From positions 1-33,196 of the forward strand of contig JBEPZV010000029.1 in the NCBI GenBank assembly GCA_041640655.1: a stretch of 33,196 bases of DNA, read 5' to 3'. A model generated the notes under the pieces. The model worked only from the letters and a program-made list of their open reading frames with translations. It was not told where the DNA came from and ran no database searches. This DNA is from a bacterium. Its GTDB lineage: Bacteria > Acidobacteriota > Blastocatellia > HR10. Shown piece by piece: positions 25,432 through 33,196 of this stretch; position 1 is the first letter of the stretch, and every line of letters begins with the position of its first letter. The position numbers were made by a program, and so were the translations under genes.

Positions 25432-26214
25432 ATGATGCGTCAGCGTGTCATCGCCGTGATCCCCGCGCGATACGCCTCGCGTCGGTTCCCGGGGAAGCCT
25501 CTGGCGGAGATCGGCGGACGCCCCATGATCCTGCACGTGTATGAACGCGCTCGCCGTGTCTCGCAGATCGAACGTGTCTTGGTCGCCACGGATGATCCGC
25601 GTATCGCTGACGTCGTGCACCGGGCTGGCGGCGAGGTCGTCCTGACTTCTCCCCATCATCGCAGTGGGACCGAGCGCGTGGCCGAAGTCGCCGCCTCTTT
25701 GGAGGCGGAGATCATTGTGAATGTCCAGGGGGACGAGCCGCTCATCGAGCCGACGGTGATCGCCGCGGCTCTTGAGCCACTGCTTGCCGATTCACGCCTT
25801 CAGATGGCGACGACGAGTGAGCCCATCGAGAGCGTCGAGGAAGTCCTCGATCCGAATGTCGTGAAGGTCGTCACCGATCGGGAGGGATTCGCGCTCTATT
25901 TCTCGCGACAACCTGTTCCCTGGCTGCGCGAGGCCGCTCGCGCCGCGGGATCGCTGGAGGCGGCGTTGCGCGCCGACCGCTCGCTCCTTGCGCGCTATCG
26001 TCGGCACACGGGCCTGTACGTGTATCGGAACGAGCTGCTGCAACAATTCGCCGCATGGCCCCCGACACCTTTAGAGGAAGCCGAGCAGCTCGAACAATTG
26101 CGCGCTCTGGAGCATGGGGTTCGGATCAAAGTCGTGCCCGTTCTCACGCGCTCCATCGGCGTGGATACGCCGGAGGATTTGGAGCGCGTGCGCGCGCTGA
26201 TGATGAGGCCATAG
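25432..26214 (+). CDS. kdsB: 3-deoxy-manno-octulosonate cytidylyltransferase (CMP-Kdo synthetase)
   Basis: IPARYASRRFPGKPL, SGTERVAEV, NVQGDEP, ALYFSR, EQLEQLRAL, GVDTPEDL. Confidence 0.96.
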   Translation: MMRQRVIAVIPARYASRRFPGKPLAEIGGRPMILHVYERARRVSQIERVLVATDDPRIADVVHRAGGEVVLTSPHHRSGTERVAEVAASLEAEIIVNVQGDEPLIEPTVIAAALEPLLADSRLQMATTSEPIESVEEVLDPNVVKVVTDREGFALYFSRQPVPWLREAARAAGSLEAALRADRSLLARYRRHTGLYVYRNELLQQFAAWPPTPLEEAEQLEQLRALEHGVRIKVVPVLTRSIGVDTPEDLERVRALMMRP

Positions 26215-26276
26215 CTCCTACTTACCCGCGCGGTCGCACGCGGCGTTTGTTGGACGATGTCACGTTCCGCCTCCGC

Positions 26277-26459
26277 ATGGGCCGCCCGCTCACGCGGGCT
26301 TGGAAATCGGTTGGGGGCTCCTCCTCCCTAGGGCTCGCTCCGCTCGCCCTGGGCCGAATTCGGTCGCCCCCTTCGGGGGCTCGCATGCGGAATGTAGGTC
26401 GGTCTCACAGCGTGGGCTCGCTCGCCCAAGGCTTATCTCGATCGCTCCCTTCATGGGTT
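26277..26459 (-). repeat. REP-like palindromic repeat array (left arm)
   Basis: Reverse-strand units such as AGCCCCCGAAGGGGGCG-accgaattc-GGCCCAGGGCGAGCGGAGCGAGCCCTAGG (26381-26327); collinear inverted match to 26653-26835. Confidence 0.8.
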
Positions 26460-26510
26460 CACGTGCGCCCGTGTTGAGCCGCCGCTTCGTGCATTAGGGA
26501 GGGGAACTGC

Positions 26511-26539
26511 TGGACAGAGCGGCGAAAGCATGCTATCCT
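26511..26539 (+). promoter_or_regulatory. Promoter of tRNA-Arg
   Basis: TGGACA (26511-26516), 17 bp ending in TGC, TATCCT (26534-26539). Confidence 0.6.
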
Positions 26540-26559
26540 TGCGCACGGGTGCTTGGGGT

Positions 26560-26636
26560 GCACCCGTAGCTCAGTTGGATAGAGCGTCGGACTACGAATC
26601 CGAAGGTCGCAGGTTCAAGTCCTGCCGGGTGCACCA
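26560..26636 (+). tRNA. tRNA-Arg (anticodon ACG)
   Basis: GCACCCG acceptor stem, D-arm GCTCAGTTGGATAGAGC, anticodon arm TCGGA-CTACGAA-TCCGA, T-loop GGTTCAAGTCC, encoded CCA; 77 nt. Confidence 0.97.
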
Positions 26637-26652
26637 CGATTCATTCTCCTAA

Positions 26653-26835
26653 AGCCTGCGAAGCAGGCGTCCGAGTGTAGCCCGGGGCGAGCCGCGAGCG
26701 AGCCTATTCGAGAGACCGCCATTCCGCATCAAGCCCGCGAAGCGGGCGTGCGAATCTAGCCTCGGGCGAGCCGCAGGCGAGCCCTAGGACAACGGCGGTG
26801 CCATCCTCCCCAAGCCCCCGAAGGGGGCGGCCCAT
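26653..26835 (+). repeat. REP-like palindromic repeat array (right arm)
   Basis: AGCCTGCGAAGCAGGCG..GTAGCCCGGGGCGAGCC; AGCCCGCGAAGCGGGCG..CTAGCCTCGGGCGAGCCGCAGGCGAGCCCTAGG; AGCCCCCGAAGGGGGCGGCCCAT. Confidence 0.8.
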
Positions 26836-27003
26836 CGGCGTGATCACACACGGTGTGCATGCGGGTGACATCACGATCTGCATCCGTATGGGCCGCCTGC
26901 CCGGTGAGCTGTGACGTCCTGCGTCTGTCGGCCCTGTACGAGATCGCGGGGAATGTGCTACGCTTTCGCCGTGGTGCGAGAATTCGCCAAGGGAGAACGC
27001 ACG

Positions 27004-28602
27004 GTGAGACGAACGATCGGCCTCGCCCTTGTCCTTCTTCTGCCACTTGCGCCGATTCGGCGGGCGGAGCGCTCGCCGGATGAGCAAACGATCCTGGCCG
27101 ACTTCGCCGAGGCCCTCACGATCATTGACGAGAACTACGTCGAGAAGCTCGACTATGAGAGCGTGGTGAAGGCGGCGATCCTCGGGATGCTGCACACCCT
27201 TGATCCGCATTCGAACTTCTACGACAAGCGGGAATTCGCCCGATTCCGCATTGAGCAGACGAGCCAGTACTACGGCATCGGGGCGACCATCGGCGCGCGT
27301 AACGGCAAGGTCTATATCCTGGCGCCGTTCGAGAACACGCCGGCGCATCGCGCCGGATTGCGCTATGGGGATCAGATCGTGGCTATCAATGGAGAGTCCA
27401 CCGAGGGCTGGCCTTCAGCTCAAGTCTCCGAGCGCTTGCGCGGACCGCGCGGCACGACCGTCGAGGTGCAAATCCTGCGTGCCGGGGAGAAAGAGCCGCG
27501 CACGGTGCGCATCGTGCGGGATGCCATTCCGCTGCCGAGCATTGTCAACGGCTACCTGATCCGCCCGGGCATCGGATACATCGCCCTCTCGCGCGGATTC
27601 AATACGACGACCGATGAGGAGCTGCAAAACGTGCTGGCCGAGCTGCAGGCGCAGGGGGCGACCCGAGTGATCCTCGACTTGCGCAACAATCCCGGAGGCT
27701 TCCTCGAACAAGCCGTGCGCGTGGCCGATCGGTTCCTGGCTGCCGGCCAGTTGATCCTCACGCAGAAGAGTCGGGCAGGACGTCGTCTCGCCGAACGCCA
27801 GTACTACGCGCAGAACGGCACGCCGAACCTCATGCCGCTGGTGATCCTGGTGAATCGGGCAACCGCCTCGGCCTCGGAGATCGTCGCCGGCGCGATCCAG
27901 GAGCATGATCGGGGACTGATCGTGGGCGAACCGACGTTCGGGAAGGCCTTGGTGCAGACGATCATCCCCTTGCCCTTCGGAACGGGACTGACGCTCAGCA
28001 CGGCCAAATACCTGCTGCCGAGCGGACGGTTCATTCAGCGCCGCTACATGGGCTTGTCGCCGTACAGTTACTACGCGCAGCGTCGAGAGGCCGAGACTCC
28101 AGCTCAGCCGCAGGGACCGGGCTTTCGCACCGATATGGGACGCGAGGTCTACGGCGGCGGTGGGATCACCCCCGACGTCGTCGTCCCCGCCACCCAATTG
28201 ACGCGCGAACAATCCGCCCTCCTTGGACCCATCTTCGCCTTCGCGCGCGAGCTGGTCGCTGGGCTCATTCCAGGATTGGAACGGTATCGCGTGCCCGGCA
28301 TCACCTTCCGCCACGTCTTGAAGCCCGACGAATACCGGATCACCGACGATGTTCTGGACGCCTTCAAACGATACCTGCAGGAGCATAAGAGCGAGTTCCG
28401 CGTGAGCGCGAAGCTGGTGGACGAGAACCGCGAATTCGTGCGGCAGTATATCCGCTACGAGGTCGTCACGGCAGCCTACGGGATCGAAACTGCGGCTCAG
28501 GTCCTCAATGATATGGACGTCCAATTGCTCAAGGCCATTGAGGCGATGCCCAAGGCCGTGGAATTGGCCGAGAGTTACCGGCAGCGGATGGCCAAGAAGT
28601 GA
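27004..28602 (+). CDS. ctpA: S41A family carboxy-terminal processing protease (PDZ plus peptidase)
   Basis: LDPHS, YYGIG PDZ motif, LDLRNNPGG, TASASEIVAGA, TFGKALVQ, GGGITPD; GTG 27004 after AAGGGAG. Confidence 0.92.
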   Translation: MRRTIGLALVLLLPLAPIRRAERSPDEQTILADFAEALTIIDENYVEKLDYESVVKAAILGMLHTLDPHSNFYDKREFARFRIEQTSQYYGIGATIGARNGKVYILAPFENTPAHRAGLRYGDQIVAINGESTEGWPSAQVSERLRGPRGTTVEVQILRAGEKEPRTVRIVRDAIPLPSIVNGYLIRPGIGYIALSRGFNTTTDEELQNVLAELQAQGATRVILDLRNNPGGFLEQAVRVADRFLAAGQLILTQKSRAGRRLAERQYYAQNGTPNLMPLVILVNRATASASEIVAGAIQEHDRGLIVGEPTFGKALVQTIIPLPFGTGLTLSTAKYLLPSGRFIQRRYMGLSPYSYYAQRREAETPAQPQGPGFRTDMGREVYGGGGITPDVVVPATQLTREQSALLGPIFAFARELVAGLIPGLERYRVPGITFRHVLKPDEYRITDDVLDAFKRYLQEHKSEFRVSAKLVDENREFVRQYIRYEVVTAAYGIETAAQVLNDMDVQLLKAIEAMPKAVELAESYRQRMAKK

Positions 28603-28615
28603 CCCCAACGTGGGC

Positions 28616-28813
28616 AGTCCGCGCGAGCTGGTGCCCGAACCTCACCGGTGGCGAGCCGCAGGCGAGCCCTAGGACAACGGGCGTCGCCATCATTCCCCAA
28701 GCCCCCGAAGGGGGCGGCCCAGGCGCCACGGTCCGCAGCCAAATGGGCTGCTTGCGTGCTTCCTAGGGTTCGCTGCGCTCACCCCGGGCTACATTCGCCC
28801 GCACGCGCGGACT
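28616..28813. repeat. Inverted doublet of the same REP-like repeat family between convergent genes
   Basis: 28650-28721 is nearly identical to 26765-26834; opposite-strand unit GTAGCCCGGGGTGAGCGCAGCGAACCCTAGGA; bounded by AGTCCGCGCG and CGCGCGGACT. Confidence 0.8.
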
Positions 28814-28851
28814 TGCGGTGCGGAAGCGGCGCTGGGCTCAATCCGCACCGC

Positions 28852-31800
28852 TCAGAAACTCACGCGGAGGGCGAACTGAATGACGCGCGGCGAATTCACT
28901 TGCTCGCTGATGCGCCCGAAGCTCGGCGATTGGATATTGAGATTTGGCCCACCGAAGTTCACGGTGTTGAAGAGGTTGAAGAACTCGGCCCGGAATTCGA
29001 CGATCCAGCGTTCGGCCACGCGCGTGCGCTTGAGGAGGCTGCCATCGAAATACACTTGGCCGGGATCGGTGAACGTCCCGGCGCCGAGCGTGCCCGCCGT
29101 TCCCGGCTCAGGTGTCAGCAGGATGGGCCGACCGTCCCGATCCACTACCATGCGATTGAACCCGAAGGGATCCTGGAAGGGATTGGTCACTCCGGGCAGG
29201 AACGTGACGCCATCGGGCAAGCGTGTGACCGTGCCGGAGAAGTTCCGGATGTTGAATCCGGGAGCAGGGTTTGGCGGCACGACGTTGAGCCCACCGGCGC
29301 CAAAGAGCGTGAACCGCCCGGCACTGAACGTGCGCGGCGCCCCCGAATAGACGAGGAAGATGCCGGCCACCTGCCATCCTTCAAGCACGCGACCCACCCA
29401 TCCCCGCGAACGGCTCAGGAACGGTCGTCCCGGACCGACTGGCAGCTCATAAATGGCATTCACTTTGAGCACGTGCTCGCGATCGAAGACCAAGCGCCGC
29501 TTCTCGATCCGCCGATTCCGATTCGTGCGGAAGTTCGAGGAGAAAGCGAATTGATCCATGCCGTCGTCGGTGCCATCGCCGAGGGCGCGACTGAAGGTGT
29601 AGTTCGCCTGAAACTGCAAGCCGCGCGCGAAGCGGCGCCGCACCTCGAGCTGCGCGGCGTGATACGTCGAGTTGGAGAAGTTCGACATGTAAAGGACGCT
29701 GGCGAATTGCGGATTGGCGCTGATGAAGTTCACGGGCAGGCCGGCCAGGGCCAACCATCCGCCTTGCGCACCCTGGAAGACCTGGCGGTCTATGTTGAAG
29801 GCGATGAGGACGTAGTTCCCCAGCAGCAGATCAGTTCGCGCGCCGAAGATATTGAGGAATCGGCCCGGGGTGCGGAAGATGCGCGCCAACGGGCCATTGG
29901 GATTGGGGAAGCGCGTGGGGGTGAAGCCCAGGGGGTCACCGCTGCGCAGCAACTCCTCACGCAAGAGCGTGAAATCGTCGCGCAGCCCGTTCTCGATGAT
30001 GTTGATCTCATTGAGATTGGCCGTGCGCACGAGCTTAGTCCCTTTGGTGCCGACATAGCGAAGCTCCAGGACCGTGTCGCGATCCAATTCACGCTGCCAG
30101 GAGAGGTTCCACGTCTGCACATAGGGCGAGCGCAAGTGCTCATCAATGAAGAAGCCGCTGTCGCGCCGCTGGAAATCCGGCGGCTGTAGCGCGCGGGTAT
30201 CGGTCAGAGGAATGGGCAAGGTGATCCCTATCGGGGTGTCCAATCGGCTGACGGCCGTGGCCGTCGCTGCGGGCGCGAGAAACGCCGAGGTCGAGAGGCC
30301 GGGATTGAACCGACTGAACTGGGCGAAGAGCACCAGAGGGAAGGCCTCGTACCCGATGTAATAGCCCCCGCGCAGCACGCTTTGGTCTTCGCGCCCCAGC
30401 AGATGGCGCAATCCCCACAGCCGCGTGCGCGGACTCCAGGCCAACCCCACGGCGGGCGCGACATTGTTGCGATCGTCGCGAAAGAGCGGATTCGGACGTC
30501 CCGGTCCTACCAGCTCGAACCCGACCGGGCCGATCGCCCGCGGATCGGTCACCGGCGCCGATGGCTGAAAGAGATCGGCCCACGTGCCCGTGCGACGGGA
30601 GATGCCGAGCGCGGCCTCAAAGCGCGTGCGTCCGGGCCCGAGCGTCGGCTGCACGAGCAGGCCGTTCACCTCGAACGGAACGGTGTTGTATTCGTAACGC
30701 ACCCCGTAGATGAGCGTCAGCGTGCGCCGCAGCCGCCAGGAATCGCCGAAGAAGAGATTCACCTGCCGATGACGGAATCCGAAGTTCTCCGATTGAAAGG
30801 GGATGAGCACGCGCCCATCGGGCGTGCGATACGTCTGCTCCAGACGCGCGATCGAACCCGTGAGGTCGTAGAGGATGGCGCGCGCCAGCGCCGCGTTGTT
30901 CGGATTCACCTCGCGCGGCAGAGGGACCTGACTGGCCGGAGCTTCCCCCAGGCTCACAACCGGGCGCACCCCCGCCGTATCGAGCGAATTGGCCTGAATG
31001 AAGCGCACTTCGACACCGCCGCGAAATTCGTGCCGGCCGCGAATCCAGGTCACGGTGTCCCCGTATTGATAGACCGGTGTGACGCGCCGCTGCAGTTCGA
31101 AGGTCTCCATCGGATTGCTGAAGGATCCGAAGGCGAGGAAGACGGGAACGCCCTGCAGCGTCGGCAAGCGCGCGCCCACGGCGGCCAATCCCCCCTCTTC
31201 CGGCGGCACGAAGCGAACGGGCGTGCGTTGAAAGCCCGCGCGGAATTCGTTGGTGAGCGTCGGCGTGAAGGTCGAGACCAACGTGCCCGAGAAGCTCTGC
31301 GCGCGGAACAGCTGTCCCCCTACGCCGAATCCGGGGAAGGTTTGCAGCCCTTCGCCCGGCGCGATCACGCCCCGAATGGCGAAGTCCTGGAAGCGATAGA
31401 CGCCGTAGAGCCGATGCCGATCCGTGAACGCATGGTCCAGGCGAAGGGTGAATTGATCGGAGACGGTGCGAATCGGCGCGAAGAAGGTGTAGCCGGCCGT
31501 GTTCAATCCATCCCCGACGGTGAAATCATTGGGCAAAGGGATGGCGTCGAGCAATCGGCGGATTACGCCCGTCTGATCCGGCTGCGCGCGCCGCGCATCC
31601 AGGGTGAAGAGATCGAGCACGCGCAGATCGGCGAGCGTCAGACCGGCCGGCGGCCGCGGATTCCCCTGAAAGTCCACGGTGGGATTGGCGCTGGCCGCAT
31701 TCCCATTGGGGACGTTCGGGAAATAGCGGAAGAGCCCGCGCCGCGCCGGTTCGGTCAACACCACGCGCGTCACCGTCTGCCCGGTGCTCTCCCGCAGCCC

Positions 31801-32700
31801 CTCATACGCGCCGAAGAAGAAGGTGCGATGGCGGCGAATCGGGCCGCTCCCGCGAAAGCCAAACTGATGACGCAACAGGACATCGCGCGGCGCCACCTCC
31901 GTCCCATCGGCGCGTCGCGGAATGGCGTTGTTGAAGAAGCTGTTGGCGTTCAGCACCGTGTTGCGATGGAATTCGAAGAGGCTGCCGTGCAGCTCGTTCG
32001 TCCCCGAAGGGGTGACCACATCCACCTGAGCGCCCGCCCCGCGCCCATATTCGACGTCCACCGGCGAGGTCGTCACGCGAAATTCGGCGACATCATCCAC
32101 CGAGAGGGGGATCATGGCCACGTTGATCGGCTCCTGAATGAAATTGTCCTGCGCCTGAATCCCATCCACGCGAATGTTGTTCGAGGTCGTGCGCGTCCCG
32201 GAGACGTTGCTGCCCACCACGCCCGCCTGAAGTTGAATGAGATCGAGCGGATTCCGCCCGTTCAAGGGGAGATCCAGAATCCGACGCGCGTCCACAACAT
32301 CGCCCAGCGACGGGCCTTTCCCGATCTCCACCACGGGTTGACCGGCCGCAGTGACTGTGACCTCTTCGGTGATCGCCCCGGGCTCCAGCACGATGTCGCG
32401 CGTGACCGTGCTGCCGACCTCAATGAGCACGTCGCTCAAGCTCACCCGCTTGAAGCCCGGCGCTTCGACCGTGAGCGTGTAGCGACCGGGAATCAGGCTG
32501 GGAAACGTGTAGCGCCCGGCCTCGTTGGTCTCTGTCACGATCGGCTCGGCATGAGCGCGCGTGGCCGTGACCGTCGCGCCCACAATGACGCTCCCTTGCG
32601 GGTCCGTGACCAGCCCCGACAGCCGCCCCACATTCACCTGTGTGGCCCAAAGGGTTGAGAGGGTCACAAGCCACAGCGGTCCGACAAAGAGTCTCCTCAT
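28852..32700 (-). CDS. TonB-dependent receptor / Oar-like outer-membrane protein with N-terminal carboxypeptidase-regulatory-like domain
   Basis: Signal peptide; GLVTDPQGSVIVGATV..TNEAGRY; LPLNGRN; SGTNELHGSLFEFHRNTVLNAN; DDRNNVAPAVGLAW; C-terminal PRVIQFALRVSF. Confidence 0.92.
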   Translation of the reverse strand: MRRLFVGPLWLVTLSTLWATQVNVGRLSGLVTDPQGSVIVGATVTATRAHAEPIVTETNEAGRYTFPSLIPGRYTLTVEAPGFKRVSLSDVLIEVGSTVTRDIVLEPGAITEEVTVTAAGQPVVEIGKGPSLGDVVDARRILDLPLNGRNPLDLIQLQAGVVGSNVSGTRTTSNNIRVDGIQAQDNFIQEPINVAMIPLSVDDVAEFRVTTSPVDVEYGRGAGAQVDVVTPSGTNELHGSLFEFHRNTVLNANSFFNNAIPRRADGTEVAPRDVLLRHQFGFRGSGPIRRHRTFFFGAYEGLRESTGQTVTRVVLTEPARRGLFRYFPNVPNGNAASANPTVDFQGNPRPPAGLTLADLRVLDLFTLDARRAQPDQTGVIRRLLDAIPLPNDFTVGDGLNTAGYTFFAPIRTVSDQFTLRLDHAFTDRHRLYGVYRFQDFAIRGVIAPGEGLQTFPGFGVGGQLFRAQSFSGTLVSTFTPTLTNEFRAGFQRTPVRFVPPEEGGLAAVGARLPTLQGVPVFLAFGSFSNPMETFELQRRVTPVYQYGDTVTWIRGRHEFRGGVEVRFIQANSLDTAGVRPVVSLGEAPASQVPLPREVNPNNAALARAILYDLTGSIARLEQTYRTPDGRVLIPFQSENFGFRHRQVNLFFGDSWRLRRTLTLIYGVRYEYNTVPFEVNGLLVQPTLGPGRTRFEAALGISRRTGTWADLFQPSAPVTDPRAIGPVGFELVGPGRPNPLFRDDRNNVAPAVGLAWSPRTRLWGLRHLLGREDQSVLRGGYYIGYEAFPLVLFAQFSRFNPGLSTSAFLAPAATATAVSRLDTPIGITLPIPLTDTRALQPPDFQRRDSGFFIDEHLRSPYVQTWNLSWQRELDRDTVLELRYVGTKGTKLVRTANLNEINIIENGLRDDFTLLREELLRSGDPLGFTPTRFPNPNGPLARIFRTPGRFLNIFGARTDLLLGNYVLIAFNIDRQVFQGAQGGWLALAGLPVNFISANPQFASVLYMSNFSNSTYHAAQLEVRRRFARGLQFQANYTFSRALGDGTDDGMDQFAFSSNFRTNRNRRIEKRRLVFDREHVLKVNAIYELPVGPGRPFLSRSRGWVGRVLEGWQVAGIFLVYSGAPRTFSAGRFTLFGAGGLNVVPPNPAPGFNIRNFSGTVTRLPDGVTFLPGVTNPFQDPFGFNRMVVDRDGRPILLTPEPGTAGTLGAGTFTDPGQVYFDGSLLKRTRVAERWIVEFRAEFFNLFNTVNFGGPNLNIQSPSFGRISEQVNSPRVIQFALRVSF

Positions 32701-32739
32701 CGCCGTCCTCCGAATCCGATTTGCTCGATGTTCGGGCTA

Positions 32740-32768
32740 AGTGTAGACGTGCTCCCCTGCGGGATCAA
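32740..32768 (-). promoter_or_regulatory. Sigma70-like promoter of the TonB-dependent receptor
   Basis: TTGATC (32768-32763), 17 bp, TACACT (32745-32740). Confidence 0.6.
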
Positions 32769-32776
32769 GCTCATGT

Positions 32777-32865
32777 TCGCGCGCGGGCGACCGAATTCGG
32801 CCCGGGGCGAGCGAGAGCAGAGCTCCATTTCTTTCCGCATGCGAGCCCGCGCGCGGATGGGCCGG
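32777..32865 (+). repeat. Further copy of the REP-like repeat family
   Basis: GGGCGACCGAATTCGGCCC (32785-32803) is the exact reverse complement of 26351-26369; TTCCGCATGCGAGCCC (32833-32848) is that of 26377-26392. Confidence 0.75.
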
Positions 32866-32927
32866 GCGGATTCGCCCGCTTGCCCGTGTCGGTGACACGG
32901 GGGAATCGCGTGCAGGGAATTTTTTTC

Positions 32928-32956
32928 TTGACATCGCCGCAGGTTTTTGTTATTCT
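32928..32956 (+). promoter_or_regulatory. Strong sigma70-like promoter for the last gene
   Basis: TTGACA (32928-32933), 17 bp ending in TGT, TATTCT (32951-32956); T-rich UP-like tract upstream. Confidence 0.7.
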
Positions 32957-33095
32957 AGGTGCCGATCGCGGCGTCGGGTGGACGAACGATGGAGGAAGAG
33001 GCGAGGCTCGCCCTCTCGACGTCGTGAAGGGGGTGAGTGATCCTCATCCCAGGTCGGGTGAGGGAGCAGGAATTTATCCTGGAAAGGAGGGCGTG

Positions 33096-33196
33096 ATGAT
33101 GACCAAGCGGCGAATCGCGAGAATGATGCTGGCGGCGGGCACGGTTGGGCTTCTGATCTTGCCCGCCCTGGTCTATACGCAAGTCACCGGACGCGT
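33096..33196 (+). CDS. 5' end of an exported protein, probably a second TonB-dependent receptor (partial)
   Basis: AAAGGAGG SD, then MMTKRRIARMMLAAGTVGLLILPALVYTQVTGR; signal peptide followed by QVTGR, echoing TQVNVGR of the neighbouring receptor. Confidence 0.6.
   Translation, partial: MMTKRRIARMMLAAGTVGLLILPALVYTQVTGR

Noticed and set aside
25088..25435. Small ORFs of 99-100 aa on either strand in the atpD-kdsB spacer
   Set aside because: No motifs or convincing SD, and low-complexity Arg/Pro-rich composition.
26277..26835. CRISPR array
   Set aside because: The repeats are degenerate, occur in both orientations, lack regular unique spacers, and no cas genes are present.
32960..33095. Cobalamin or TPP riboswitch before the receptor gene
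   Set aside because: B12-box motifs and the TPP CUGAGA/ACCUG motifs were not found.
26636..33196. Genomic island integrated at tRNA-Arg
   Set aside because: No integrase, no duplicated tRNA 3' end noticed, no evident compositional shift, and the downstream genes look native.

Overview
GC-rich, gene-dense chromosomal window. The paired Acidobacteria-type VWA proteins and the carboxypeptidase-regulatory-domain TonB-dependent receptor suggest Acidobacteria (inference). Most content is housekeeping or envelope: a partial HExxH metallopeptidase, acyl-CoA thioesterase, rodZ, a glycine-zipper protein, a deoxyhypusine-synthase-like protein, dcd, a HEAT-repeat hypothetical, a stand-alone LigD phosphoesterase, OsmC, an M28 peptidase, a PLP dehydratase, addB-addA, two VWA genes, an isolated atpD-atpC pair, kdsB, tRNA-Arg(ACG), an S41 protease and two divergent outer-membrane receptor genes (the second partial). 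Three things stand out. (1) A thrC-like / sulfur-carrier (GG-SAV) / rhodanese / ThiF cluster looks like a protein-thiocarboxylate route to a sulfur amino acid. Its 5' leader holds an unannotated 6-codon Met-rich uORF (MAMASM) and mutually exclusive hairpins that can mask the Shine-Dalgarno, a candidate methionine-sensing attenuator. (2) A modular REP-like palindromic repeat family forms ~180-bp inverted arms around the tRNA gene, ~70-bp direct repeats around ctpA and further copies near the receptors. (3) Both subunits of AddAB carry a four-cysteine Fe-S staple motif. No CRISPR array, transposase, integrase or prophage was seen. All calls are by eye, without database searches.
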